64,000 bases of DNA from Emergencia sp. Lineage in GTDB: Bacteria > Bacillota > Clostridia > Peptostreptococcales > Anaerovoracaceae. The stretch is from NCBI GenBank assembly GCA_045638885.1, contig JAZUBY010000067.1, positions 663 to 64,662 of the forward strand, read 5' to 3'. Position numbers and translations under genes: made by a program. The notes beneath the pieces were generated by a model. It had not been told where the DNA came from. It was given only the letters and a program-made list of their open reading frames with translations, and did no database searches. This document shows, in pieces, positions 1-9,162 of this stretch (the stretch's first letter is position 1; the number at the start of each line of letters is the position of its first letter).

Positions 1-350
1 CATTTTACCTTTTCAGGATATAGATGCGCAAACATTTGGGAGGGATAACCTCCCATTGACATTCCGACCAAAGAAACTTTTTCGATGCATTCCTGTCGCA
101 GTATACTGTTTAAGTCCCTTGCGGTGTTTTCATAGGAAAAATTCTTGTAAGGTATAGATAACCCATGCATCGGAACGTCCCATACAAGCACAATATATTC
201 CTTTTGAAAATATTCAATCTGCTTTTCGTACATTGTGTGGTCGGCAGTTAAGCCGTGGGTAAAAACAATTACCTCTTTTTTCGCATCGGTGGTTTCTGAA
301 ATCCAATAATGGACTTCTCCTCCAACTCCTTTTATGGTTTTATGCTCCAT
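1..350 (-). CDS. alpha/beta hydrolase, runs off the window edge (not in ORF track)
   Basis: Manual translation from ATG at 350: MEHKTIKGVGGEVHYW...VFTHGLTADH...WDVPMHG...LVGMSMGGY; HG oxyanion motif and GxSxG elbow; GGAG RBS upstream. Confidence 0.85.
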   Translation of the reverse strand, partial: MEHKTIKGVGGEVHYWISETTDAKKEVIVFTHGLTADHTMYEKQIEYFQKEYIVLVWDVPMHGLSIPYKNFSYENTARDLNSILRQECIEKVSLVGMSMGGYPSQMFAHLYPEKVK

Positions 351-506
351 AATACTCGCTCCTGTTACTGCACTATATTTGTGGTTGGTAAAGCATCAAC
401 TTCTTATTTGTATATTTTATTATACCACTAACCTTATAAAAAAGAAAAGGAAAGCCATTTGACTTTCCTTTCCATAAATATCAATTCTACTCAATTTATT
501 CTAATT

Positions 507-551
507 TTATGCCTTTACTAACAGAGTAACAACCTCAGCCGTCCGCGGTTC
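507..551 (-). repeat. displaced duplicate of the rlmD 3' end (att-like remnant)
   Basis: Minus strand reads CCG CGG ACG GCT GAG GTT GTT ACT CTG TTA GTA AAG GCA TAA (PRTAEVVTLLVKA*) versus the rlmD end PHTGHVEAVTLLVKAQ*. Confidence 0.7.
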
Positions 552-611
552 CCAAAATGCTTCGCATTTTGACCTCTGTGGCATGAGACGTACCGCTACT
601 TCTCTGCGACA

Positions 612-2108
612 CTACTGTGCCTTGACAAGTAGGGTTACGGCTTCAACGTGCCCTGTATGTGGGAACATATCCACTGGTGTTGCCTCTACAAATTCGTATC
701 CGTTCTCTCCCAGATACTTCACGTCTCTTGCCAGGGTTGCAGGGTCGCAGGAAACGTAAACGATTCTTTCCGGTCCAACCTTAACTACAGTTTCCAGCAG
801 TCTTTCGTCGCAGCCTGCTCTCGGTGGGTCCAAAATGACTACGTCTGCACGATCAATCATGATTTTGTTCGGGTCGTCATCCGGTCTGTCGTCCGGAGCC
901 ATGCCTACCATCTTTGGCATTTCTTCTTCGGCTTTACCGCAGACATATCGTGCATTTACGATACCGTTAATGACTGCGTTACGGTTGGCATCGATGACAG
1001 CGCCTTTGATGGTTTCGATACCGATTACCATGCCGGCATCACCCTTCTTACGCATTTCGTCTGCGCAGAACAGGCCAATGGTACCTACGCCGCAATATAA
1101 GTCAAGTACGGTTTCACCGCCCTTTAAATCTGCATATTCCAGAGCCTTGCCGTAAAGCTGCATCATCTGCTCACGGTTTACCTGATAGAAAGACAATGGA
1201 GAGATTTCAAAAGTTAAACCGCCGATGGTTTCTCTAATGGTTGGCTTACCTGCCAGGGTGATACACTCTTCACCCATGATGTCTTTGGTGTCGCCTTTGT
1301 TGACGTTGATGATCACGCTCTCCAGGTTGAATTCCACGCCGGCAAAAGGACCATCCTCGTAAACCGGAACATTATAGATGGCTTCATCCAGCATCTGTAC
1401 CAGCTTCTGTCCATTTGGAATACCCTTTCCATTGATTACCAGAACGACCATCACCTGGCCTGTGCCGATGGCAGTCTTGACAATCATATGCTTCATCAGG
1501 CCTTTGTCCCATCTAGGGTCATAGGACGTGATGTTATCTTCAATCATGAACTGGCGTACTGCTTCTGCTGCCGCCATGGCAGGTTCAGACTGTAACAGGC
1601 AGTCCTGGCAGTCAACCACATCGTGAGTCTTTGCCTGATAAAAACCGATTCTTGGTTCGTGAACAGGTTCCACAATGCCGCCTTTCTTGGTCATCAGGCC
1701 GCCGGTGGAGACTGGCATGGTCGCCTTATTTCTGTATCTCCAAGGTTCTTCCATACCGATGATTGGGTTCATCTTTGGATCTTCCAGACCGCCCAGACGT
1801 ACCAGCTTATCTCGTACCTGTTTTTCCTTTAACTCCAGTTGGCCTTCGTAAGCTGTTGTACCAAAAGAACAGCCGCCGCACATTTTGTCATAAGGACAGA
1901 ATGCTTCCATTCTGTGTGGAGATGGTTCTACCAGTTCGATTAACTTAGCAAAAGCATAGCGCTTTTTTAACTTTGTCAGTTCTACCTTTGCCACGTCGCC
2001 AATGACTGTGCCCTTAACGAACACTGCCAGGCCGTCGGCCTTACCAATACCCTGTCCTTCAGTACTGATATCTTCTATTTCAATTGTTAAGATTTGTCCT
2101 TTTTCCAT
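612..2108 (-). CDS. rlmD: 23S rRNA (uracil-5)-methyltransferase RlmD/RumA
   Basis: TRAM N-terminus, CxxxxxCGGC Fe-S motif, SFYQVN, LDLYCGVG, LDPPRAG, YVSCDPATLARD, DMFPHTGHVE. Confidence 0.95.
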   Translation of the reverse strand: MEKGQILTIEIEDISTEGQGIGKADGLAVFVKGTVIGDVAKVELTKLKKRYAFAKLIELVEPSPHRMEAFCPYDKMCGGCSFGTTAYEGQLELKEKQVRDKLVRLGGLEDPKMNPIIGMEEPWRYRNKATMPVSTGGLMTKKGGIVEPVHEPRIGFYQAKTHDVVDCQDCLLQSEPAMAAAEAVRQFMIEDNITSYDPRWDKGLMKHMIVKTAIGTGQVMVVLVINGKGIPNGQKLVQMLDEAIYNVPVYEDGPFAGVEFNLESVIINVNKGDTKDIMGEECITLAGKPTIRETIGGLTFEISPLSFYQVNREQMMQLYGKALEYADLKGGETVLDLYCGVGTIGLFCADEMRKKGDAGMVIGIETIKGAVIDANRNAVINGIVNARYVCGKAEEEMPKMVGMAPDDRPDDDPNKIMIDRADVVILDPPRAGCDERLLETVVKVGPERIVYVSCDPATLARDVKYLGENGYEFVEATPVDMFPHTGHVEAVTLLVKAQ

Positions 2109-2118
2109 TTTGATCTCC

Positions 2119-3453
2119 TTACCAAATCATATTTTTCTCTGCTTCTTCTCTCAGCCAGTCTCTAAATTCCGGGTGAGCGATATTGATCAAGGCTTCCACC
2201 CTCTGGCTTACATTGAGGCCTCGCAGCCATGCGATGCCGTATTCAGTTACCACGTAATCCACATCGTTTCGGGACGTAGTGATGACAGTTCCCGGTTCAT
2301 GCATTGGCACAATCTTGGATTGAAGCATCTCTTTGCCCTCTGCATCCTTTGTTGTGTAAGTGGAATGCAGGGCGATGATGGACTTGCCACCAGGGGACAT
2401 CTGAGAGCCTTGGACGGTCTCCGCCTGTCCGCCGGAGCCGGAAAACTGCATGTGACCCACGGACTCGGAAGCACACTGACCAGTCAGGTCGATAGCCAGG
2501 GTTGCGTTGATGGACACGAACTTGTTGTTGCGTCCAATGGTATATGGGTCGTTTGTATAAGTCGCCGGTTTAAATAAAACCGTCGGATTGTTGTTTAAGA
2601 ACTGATAAAGCCGCTTGCTGCCCATAGTGAAAGAGCAAACAGAATAACCATCGTTGAATCCTTTCTGGGAATTGTCCACAGTGCCGCTTTCAATCAGGTC
2701 CACCATGTTCTCGGTAAACATTTCAGAATGGATACCCAGATGCTTGCGTGTCTTCAGCTCGTTGGCAACAGCGTTTGGAATGTTACCGATACCCAGCTGA
2801 ATGGTAGAACCGTCTTCTACCAAAGATGCGATGTGCTTGCCGATGATTGCGTCTGTCTCATCGTAAGCACTGTACGGTACTTCCGGAATCGGACGGTCAG
2901 ACTCTACCAAAGCATCCACCTCTGAAATATGAATCATAGTATCGCCGAAAGTTCTCGGATAGTTTGGGTTGACTTCCAGTAGCACCAGAGCACCATCACG
3001 TACCAGCTCGATTTCATATACAGAGCTGATGGACAGTGACAGGTATCCGTCTTCATCCATCGGTGCAACGGTTGCCATCAAAACAGGTCTGCGTCCGTCA
3101 TGCTTTGCACGGAACAAAACTTTTCGCAACACTGATGTAGAGTGCTGTGGAATGTCGCTGACCATTTTGTTCTTCTGGGCCTTACGAAGGTCGCCGTTAA
3201 AGAACCATGCATTATGCTGCAGGATACCTCTCAGTTCCTCATCGTGGAACCAGTCATACTTATGAATCGGCAAACAGGTATTGAATACCACGTCTCTAAC
3301 GCCGGTTGTTTTCAAATGTGCCATGTGCTGCAGAATGGCATCCGGTTCCGATGCCGCCTGGGCACAAAAAATATAGTCACGATCCTGAATCAGCTCCAGT
3401 AGCTGCGTCGGATCCATCTTTTTCTCGAAATACAGTTCGTCAAAAGTCTTCAT
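2119..3453 (-). CDS. acetyl-CoA hydrolase/transferase family (4-hydroxybutyrate/butyryl-CoA transferase-like)
   Basis: TIQLGIGNIPNAV, LGIHSEMF (catalytic Glu), SGSGGQ, RNDVDYVVTEYG, IAHPEFR; start placed at ATG 3453 behind AAAGGAG. Confidence 0.9.
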   Translation of the reverse strand: MKTFDELYFEKKMDPTQLLELIQDRDYIFCAQAASEPDAILQHMAHLKTTGVRDVVFNTCLPIHKYDWFHDEELRGILQHNAWFFNGDLRKAQKNKMVSDIPQHSTSVLRKVLFRAKHDGRRPVLMATVAPMDEDGYLSLSISSVYEIELVRDGALVLLEVNPNYPRTFGDTMIHISEVDALVESDRPIPEVPYSAYDETDAIIGKHIASLVEDGSTIQLGIGNIPNAVANELKTRKHLGIHSEMFTENMVDLIESGTVDNSQKGFNDGYSVCSFTMGSKRLYQFLNNNPTVLFKPATYTNDPYTIGRNNKFVSINATLAIDLTGQCASESVGHMQFSGSGGQAETVQGSQMSPGGKSIIALHSTYTTKDAEGKEMLQSKIVPMHEPGTVITTSRNDVDYVVTEYGIAWLRGLNVSQRVEALINIAHPEFRDWLREEAEKNMIW

Positions 3454-3557
3454 GCCGAAAACTCCTTTCTTTTTCCTAACTATACATTTTACCATATAGT
3501 TGACCAAAATGGGCAAAAACAGTATGATTTATTTATCCAATGCAAGGAGGTTCCTAT

Positions 3558-5129
3558 ATGAACATCAAAATCGACAACGCCCGCGTGGAAATCACGCTGA
3601 TAGAACATTCTCTTTCTCCTGATTTTTCCCTGTTAGGGGGCATGGAAGGAAATCTGAAATACGCTGTAACAGATTATAAGGAGGCATTTGAAAAGGCTCC
3701 AGCCTTTACTCGCATCTGCCTCACCGTACATACATCGCCAAATTCCGATTTTCAGATGGAAGGCTGGCTGCCAGACGCTGATGCATGGAATCACCGCATG
3801 ATGACAGTCGGCAATAGCGGCTCTGCCATGACAGTGAATCACCTGGCACTGCTGGGTGCTTTGGTGGACGGCTTTGCAGCATTTCACTGTAATTTGTCTA
3901 CCCGCGACGATTTAGACCGTGGCATTGACAACCTGGAAATCTGGAAAGACTTTGGCTGGAGAGCAACCCATCTGACCACGGAAATCGGCCGTCAGATGGT
4001 AGAACAGTTTTATGGAAAGACGGCAGATTACCGCTACTTCTACGGCTGCTCCACAGGCGGTCAGCAAGGCATCTCTGCTGCAGAAAAGTTCCCGGAAGAC
4101 TATCATGGCATCGTAGCCGTGGCTCCTGCTTTCAGCCGCGTGCACTTACACTTATATTTTACGTGGAACGTGCAACAGCTGATGTATCCTGATGGCACTT
4201 TTGTCTTCTCTGGAGAAGAAGTTAAAAAGTTAACCGACATCGTCATCGGCTATTTCCAGTCTATCGAAGATGGTGAACCGGGAGATTATTTCGTGACCAA
4301 TCCACGTCTGACAGAGGAACAAATGCACCAACTGTTGGCGCAGATTCGAGATGCAGCTTTCTTAACAGACGATCAATTAGACCGACTATGGAAAGTCTAT
4401 ACAGGACCTGTTCATCCGCAGACGGGAGAACGACTCTACTGCGGTTTTGCAATGGGTGCAGAACCGGGATTTTTCGGGCTGAACAGCGTGAAAATCCCAG
4501 GATATGCCTACGAATACCTGTATCCGGTTCGCTGGCTTAGCGGGCAGAAATTCTCCGATTTTGATATCTTCGGCTGCGATATCTTTGCACTGGCAGAGTC
4601 TGACACGGCAAAAGTGATTGCATGTGAAGTTAACACCGATTCCGCCGACGTATCCGACTTCAAAGCTGCCGGCGGTAAGCTGATTATGACGGCCGGCGCT
4701 ATGGATGCCGTAGTGCCGGAGCCAAACATTACGAATTATTATGAGCGTGTCATGACCCACCAGGGCGGCCCGACGAAGACGCAGGATTTCTTCCGCTACT
4801 TCATTGTGCCCGGTTTCTCACACTCCATCAAAGGCGGCCTGGGTACGGACTATATCGGCCATGCAGACGGCTCTATTCCTGAAAATGCGGGCTATATCCC
4901 GGTTGCCTATTACGATGCCGGTATGGTTTCATCTATTATGGACTGGGTGGAGAAAGATATTGCTCCTGTTGCGATTACCGCAACCGGTTTCTTGGAAATG
5001 AAGCACGGCGGTATCCTGGTGCCTGACCCAGACAAAGGTATCCGCTTCCAGCGCCAAGTGAAGGCTTATCCTGAAGATGGACTGTGTGAACCCTCACCGA
5101 GAGCGGCGCGATATTGGAAATATGAATAA
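3558..5129 (+). CDS. tannase/feruloyl esterase family alpha/beta hydrolase
   Basis: YFYGCSTGGQQG nucleophile motif, FKAAGGKLIM, DFFRYFIVPGFSH; start at ATG 3558 behind AAGGAGG. Confidence 0.85.
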   Translation: MNIKIDNARVEITLIEHSLSPDFSLLGGMEGNLKYAVTDYKEAFEKAPAFTRICLTVHTSPNSDFQMEGWLPDADAWNHRMMTVGNSGSAMTVNHLALLGALVDGFAAFHCNLSTRDDLDRGIDNLEIWKDFGWRATHLTTEIGRQMVEQFYGKTADYRYFYGCSTGGQQGISAAEKFPEDYHGIVAVAPAFSRVHLHLYFTWNVQQLMYPDGTFVFSGEEVKKLTDIVIGYFQSIEDGEPGDYFVTNPRLTEEQMHQLLAQIRDAAFLTDDQLDRLWKVYTGPVHPQTGERLYCGFAMGAEPGFFGLNSVKIPGYAYEYLYPVRWLSGQKFSDFDIFGCDIFALAESDTAKVIACEVNTDSADVSDFKAAGGKLIMTAGAMDAVVPEPNITNYYERVMTHQGGPTKTQDFFRYFIVPGFSHSIKGGLGTDYIGHADGSIPENAGYIPVAYYDAGMVSSIMDWVEKDIAPVAITATGFLEMKHGGILVPDPDKGIRFQRQVKAYPEDGLCEPSPRAARYWKYE

Positions 5130-5135
5130 AACATT

Positions 5136-5163
5136 AAAAAAGGAGCTCATTACGAGCTCCTTG
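5136..5163. terminator. intrinsic terminator between convergent genes
   Basis: AAGGAGCTC-attac-GAGCTCCTT hairpin with an A-tract on the left. Confidence 0.75.
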
Positions 5164-5164
5164 A

Positions 5165-6706
5165 TTATTTTTTCTTAGATTTAGATTTCTTTGGCTTAAT
5201 CTGATGGCGCTGCTTTGGCGCTTTCTTGCTCTTGCTCTTGGAAGGCTTATCCTTCTTCTTGTCGCGCTTATCTTTACCGCCTTTGTCTCTGTCGCGGTCA
5301 CGTGTACTTCTGGAACCAGGCACTTCCGCCTTGCGCTTTTCACGTCTTTCTCTTTCTCTGCGTTCTCGCTTCTGCTTGTTTGCCTTCTTGTCCTGTGGGC
5401 TTTCTTCACCAACTTCTACTTCCAGTTCTCCTAAGCTCTGGCGCAGGAAACATGCAGCCACATATAAAGGATCGTGTTCTTCTTCTACACACTTTTTATA
5501 TACAATCTTCATGTATGCGTTGAGATCTTTGCCTTCACAGTATTCCATTGCATCAGCAACTGCTCTGTGGGCTTTGACAGTCATGGCACTGCCTGCAGTC
5601 GGCATGTCACGCAGCTTGATTCTTGTATTGCAATACTCCTCTAAGGAGTCGATTTTGTACTGTTCTCTCGCTGTAATCAGGGAGATTGCCTTGCCGCGTC
5701 TGCCAGCTCTGCCTGTACGGCCGATACGGTGGACATACCATTCCATGTCCTGTGGCATGTCATAGTTAAAGACCATATCAACGTCATCCACGTCGATACC
5801 GCGGGCTGCCACGTCTGTAGCCAGCAGCAATTCCAGATTGCCGTTTCTGAACAGGTTCATAACTCGGTCTCTCTGATGCTGGGACAGATCTCCGTGGATA
5901 GCTTCTGCAGAATAACCCTTTGCCTTCAGAACCAGTGTCAGCTGGTCAACTTTACGCTTTGTATTACAGAAGATCAAAGCTCTCTTCGGAGACATATAGT
6001 CGATCAGACGGCACAGGGAAGTATCCTTCTCACGGCCTTTGATAATGTAGTAGCTCTGCTTAATGGCAGTTACAGTCATTTCTTCTGCTTCAACCCTTAC
6101 CAGTTCCGCATCCTTCTGATATTCTTCAGTAATTTCCAGGATTTCCTGTGGCATAGTTGCAGAGAATAAAGCAGTCTGTCTTTCTTCCGGCAGTTCCTTG
6201 CAGATTTCTTCGATGTCTTCACGGAAGCCCATGTTCAGCATTTCGTCTGCTTCGTCCAGAACCAGCATCTTCAGTTCCGGAAATGCGATAGTGCCACGTT
6301 CCATGTGGTCCATGATTCTGCCCGGTGTACCTACGATGATGTTCACTTTGCCCTGTAGCAGTCTGAACTGTCTGCCGATATCCTGGCCGCCATAGATGGC
6401 AACAACGCCAACGTGTGGCATGTACTTGGACATCTTCTTAATTTCTTCTGCAGCCTGAATAGCCAGTTCTCTGGTTGGACAAAGAACCAGTCCCTGAATG
6501 CCGTTGCACTTCTTGTCAATGGCTTCAATCATCGGAATCCCGAAGGAAGCTGTCTTCCCGGTCCCTGTCTGTGCCTGGCCGATGATATCCTTGCCGGACT
6601 GCAGAACCGGAATTGCCTGTTCCTGAATCGGTGTCATGTCTACGAAACCGATTTCGTCCAGGGCTTTTAAAATATTCTCATGTACGTTAGATTCACTATA
6701 TTTCAT
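5165..6706 (-). CDS. DEAD-box RNA helicase (CshA/DeaD-like)
   Basis: Q motif, AQTGTGKT, PTRELA, TPGR, DEAD, SAT, HRIGRTGRAG; basic C-terminal tail. Confidence 0.95.
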   Translation of the reverse strand: MKYSESNVHENILKALDEIGFVDMTPIQEQAIPVLQSGKDIIGQAQTGTGKTASFGIPMIEAIDKKCNGIQGLVLCPTRELAIQAAEEIKKMSKYMPHVGVVAIYGGQDIGRQFRLLQGKVNIIVGTPGRIMDHMERGTIAFPELKMLVLDEADEMLNMGFREDIEEICKELPEERQTALFSATMPQEILEITEEYQKDAELVRVEAEEMTVTAIKQSYYIIKGREKDTSLCRLIDYMSPKRALIFCNTKRKVDQLTLVLKAKGYSAEAIHGDLSQHQRDRVMNLFRNGNLELLLATDVAARGIDVDDVDMVFNYDMPQDMEWYVHRIGRTGRAGRRGKAISLITAREQYKIDSLEEYCNTRIKLRDMPTAGSAMTVKAHRAVADAMEYCEGKDLNAYMKIVYKKCVEEEHDPLYVAACFLRQSLGELEVEVGEESPQDKKANKQKRERRERERREKRKAEVPGSRSTRDRDRDKGGKDKRDKKKDKPSKSKSKKAPKQRHQIKPKKSKSKKK

Positions 6707-6805
6707 GGTATTCTCTCTTTCTTTTTTTCAACCTTACTATTTTACCACAAAATTAATAAAATGGCGAATGAAATCATCATATTTCAGTCGCCATCTTTTT
6801 CTCTC

Positions 6806-7267
6806 TTATACCTGGATACCCTTTGGTTTTGTATCCATAGTCATAAAGCTTGCCATTGCAGTTGCTGCTACTTCACCTGTTTCTGCATCGATTGCCTTAC
6901 CCATGCATCTAACCAGTCTCTTGCCGACCTGTGTGTAGTCTGCACGGAAAATATATCTTTCTGCATTCATCGCTCTTAGGAAGCTTACGCTAATGTCTGT
7001 TGTTGTAACAAACTGCTTAGTCATGCCTACTGCACCCATACCCATGGTTGTATCAAAAACTGCAGAGATAATGCCGCCATGTACACCGCCATAAGGATTT
7101 CTGCACCATTCCTGCACATCAAAAATAAATTCTGCATATGCTTCTTCCTTGCTGCAATCCTTCATCTTCAGATCCAGTTTCGCATTCAGTCTTTCCGGCT
7201 GCTGGCTGGAGCGCTCGATGATTTCTTCCATTTCTACTGCAAATCCAATATCCTTTACGTCTTTCAT
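6806..7267 (-). CDS. PaaI-family hotdog thioesterase
   Basis: NPYGGVHGGIISAVFD motif. Confidence 0.9.
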   Translation of the reverse strand: MKDVKDIGFAVEMEEIIERSSQQPERLNAKLDLKMKDCSKEEAYAEFIFDVQEWCRNPYGGVHGGIISAVFDTTMGMGAVGMTKQFVTTTDISVSFLRAMNAERYIFRADYTQVGKRLVRCMGKAIDAETGEVAATAMASFMTMDTKPKGIQV

Positions 7268-7321
7268 ATTTCGTTTCTCCTTTTGTCGTATGGAGATATT
7301 TTACCATACTTTTTATCGGAG

Positions 7322-8023
7322 TTAAAGCAAATATAATTTGATGATTTTATCGATATAGTCCATGTTGATGGATCCTGCACCCTGATCGAAAGAAACAATG
7401 AAATTATCCCACAGGTCGAATCCTTGGTAATGGTAATCTTCCAGCTTGTTGAAGCTTTTTCGTCGGTAATCTTCCAGATCCATTCTCCCAAAGTGTTCCC
7501 AGATAAAAATCTTTCCATCTTTTGGTCGCTTAATAATAAAGTCAGGATAGATGTATCGGCCATTTACATTCATCTTTGATTCATATTTAAACTCGATGCC
7601 ATAAGAGGTCAGCGCCATGGCAATGAGCATTTCTGATTTGCTTCGATAGGCTATGCCCTGGTAAATATGAACTTTGTTTTCTTCATGATAGGTGTTTTGC
7701 TGTGCTTCGATGGACATCCACATAGTGTCCGTTTCAACTATGGGACGATAGGATTTGATTGCTTTTTCTAATATTATTAAATTTCGATCAATTGCATGCA
7801 GCTGACCTTCGAGAACTCCCCGCAACAGGTGCTGATCTCTAAGCTTGGGCTCATGAAATAAGCTCTTCCTAGTCCCCATAGTCTCTAGGTAATAGTAGAC
7901 TTTATTTCGAGACTTCTTTTTAATAAGTCTTCCTTTTGGTAGATTTTTCAATTGATTTGTTATTCTCTTTTTTTCTCTATGAAAAAAAGCCTTCTGCGTA
8001 ATCAATACATCTCTAAACCACAT
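7322..8023 (-). CDS. uncharacterised protein with C-terminal PD-(D/E)xK-like nuclease domain
   Basis: YRSKSE...FKYE...YPDF...WEHFG...K pattern after a basic helical N-terminus; AT-rich; AAGGAG RBS. Confidence 0.65.
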   Translation of the reverse strand: MWFRDVLITQKAFFHREKKRITNQLKNLPKGRLIKKKSRNKVYYYLETMGTRKSLFHEPKLRDQHLLRGVLEGQLHAIDRNLIILEKAIKSYRPIVETDTMWMSIEAQQNTYHEENKVHIYQGIAYRSKSEMLIAMALTSYGIEFKYESKMNVNGRYIYPDFIIKRPKDGKIFIWEHFGRMDLEDYRRKSFNKLEDYHYQGFDLWDNFIVSFDQGAGSINMDYIDKIIKLYLL

Positions 8024-8065
8024 TCATATGTCTCCTTTTGTATTTAATTTCCATTTTTTACCATA

Positions 8066-8094
8066 ATTCTATACAAGTGGTATAGTAATGTCAA
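8066..8094 (-). promoter_or_regulatory. SigA promoter of the nuclease-like gene
   Basis: TTGACA-17 nt-TAGAAT on the minus strand, 42 nt upstream of the start codon. Confidence 0.8.
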
Positions 8095-8099
8095 TTACG

Positions 8100-8415
8100 A
8101 ATTGTTTTCTGTTGCTCTTTTTTTAATTTGGCTGCTATTTGCAACCATTTTCACGATAATGACAACGAGCAAGTATGAGGGATGACGTTTTGTTGCCGTT
8201 TCTATTGATTCCATTGCTATTTGCAACCGTTTTTGCGATGATGACAACCAGCAGGTATGGGTGATGATATCTTGTTGTCATTTTTCCTAACCCGGTTGCT
8301 ATTTGCATCCATTTTCACTATGATGACAACGAGCAAGTATGGGGGATGACGTTTTGTTGCCGTTTCTACTAATTCCGTTGCTATTTACAACCAATGCTGC
8401 CATAGTGACAACCGC
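8100..8415. repeat. 82-bp tandem repeat array (3 full units plus partial flanks) with internal palindromes
   Basis: TGCTATTT unit starts at 8133, 8215, 8297, 8379; units carry (G)TTGC-TATTT-GCAAC and ATGACAAC...GTTGYCRT. Confidence 0.95.
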
Positions 8416-8430
8416 ACGGAAGGTTCAAAG

Positions 8431-8467
8431 AAAAAAAAGCCCCTAGCGCATAGCGCCAGAGGCTTTT
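8431..8467 (-). terminator. terminator of the V-ATPase operon
   Basis: AAAAGCC...GGCTTTT stem with an 8-U tract on the minus strand, just after the subunit D stop. Confidence 0.75.
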
Positions 8468-8477
8468 CTAACCTAAT

Positions 8478-9143
8478 TTACATATTATTACGTCTTTCCT
8501 CAATTGCTTCAGCAATCATCATGTCTTTTACCTTCATCAGACGGGTCTGGTTACCTCTTTCGTTTTCATCCAGCTTCATCTGAATATATTTGATGGTTAC
8601 CTGCAGCTGTGGAATCATGACATATTCCAGCGCGTTTACACGACGGCGGGTCTTTTCCAGTTCAGCTGCAATCAGCTGTACTTCTTTCTCCTTTGCAGCC
8701 AGTTCCAGCAACAGCGGGAAGATATCGGTTAATCCTGTGATAGCATTATCCAGTTCCCCGGATGTGGAAGCGTAGCCGTAAGGGTAAATATCCCCTGCGT
8801 CGTTAGCCGTAGTCTCGAAAGAGAACACCGGCACGTTTACGCTCATGATATTCTTATTTCCTACATCAAGAACAACACCCTGTTTTGGAATCATCAGAGA
8901 CTCTTCCATCACTTCACGGCTCATTACCGCACTGGCAATGGAGAAGTTCTGATACATACCGGTCAGCTTTTCTTCTACACTCTGACGCAGTCGTCCGTTT
9001 TCACGGGCCAGCTCCAAGAATTCTTTCATCAGCTCGTCTCGTTTGTCTTTCATCAGTTTGTGACCACGAGTAGCTGTTTTCAATCTTTTCTTCAGGGCCG
9101 TCAGGTTCATTCTGGTAGGATTTACATTTAATCTTTCAGCCAA
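8478..9143 (-). CDS. ntpD: V/A-type ATPase subunit D
   Basis: VNPTRMNL...RGHKLMKDKRDEL, KTRRRVNALEY. Confidence 0.95.
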   Translation of the reverse strand: MAERLNVNPTRMNLTALKKRLKTATRGHKLMKDKRDELMKEFLELARENGRLRQSVEEKLTGMYQNFSIASAVMSREVMEESLMIPKQGVVLDVGNKNIMSVNVPVFSFETTANDAGDIYPYGYASTSGELDNAITGLTDIFPLLLELAAKEKEVQLIAAELEKTRRRVNALEYVMIPQLQVTIKYIQMKLDENERGNQTRLMKVKDMMIAEAIEERRNNM

Positions 9144-9162
9144 GATGTATCACCTGCCCTAA

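Noticed and set aside
5165-5420. low-complexity repeat at the helicase 3' end
   Set aside because: It encodes the ordinary Lys/Arg-rich tail of DEAD-box helicases.
8100-8415. CRISPR array
   Set aside because: Units are similar along their whole 82 bp with no unique spacers, and no cas genes are present.
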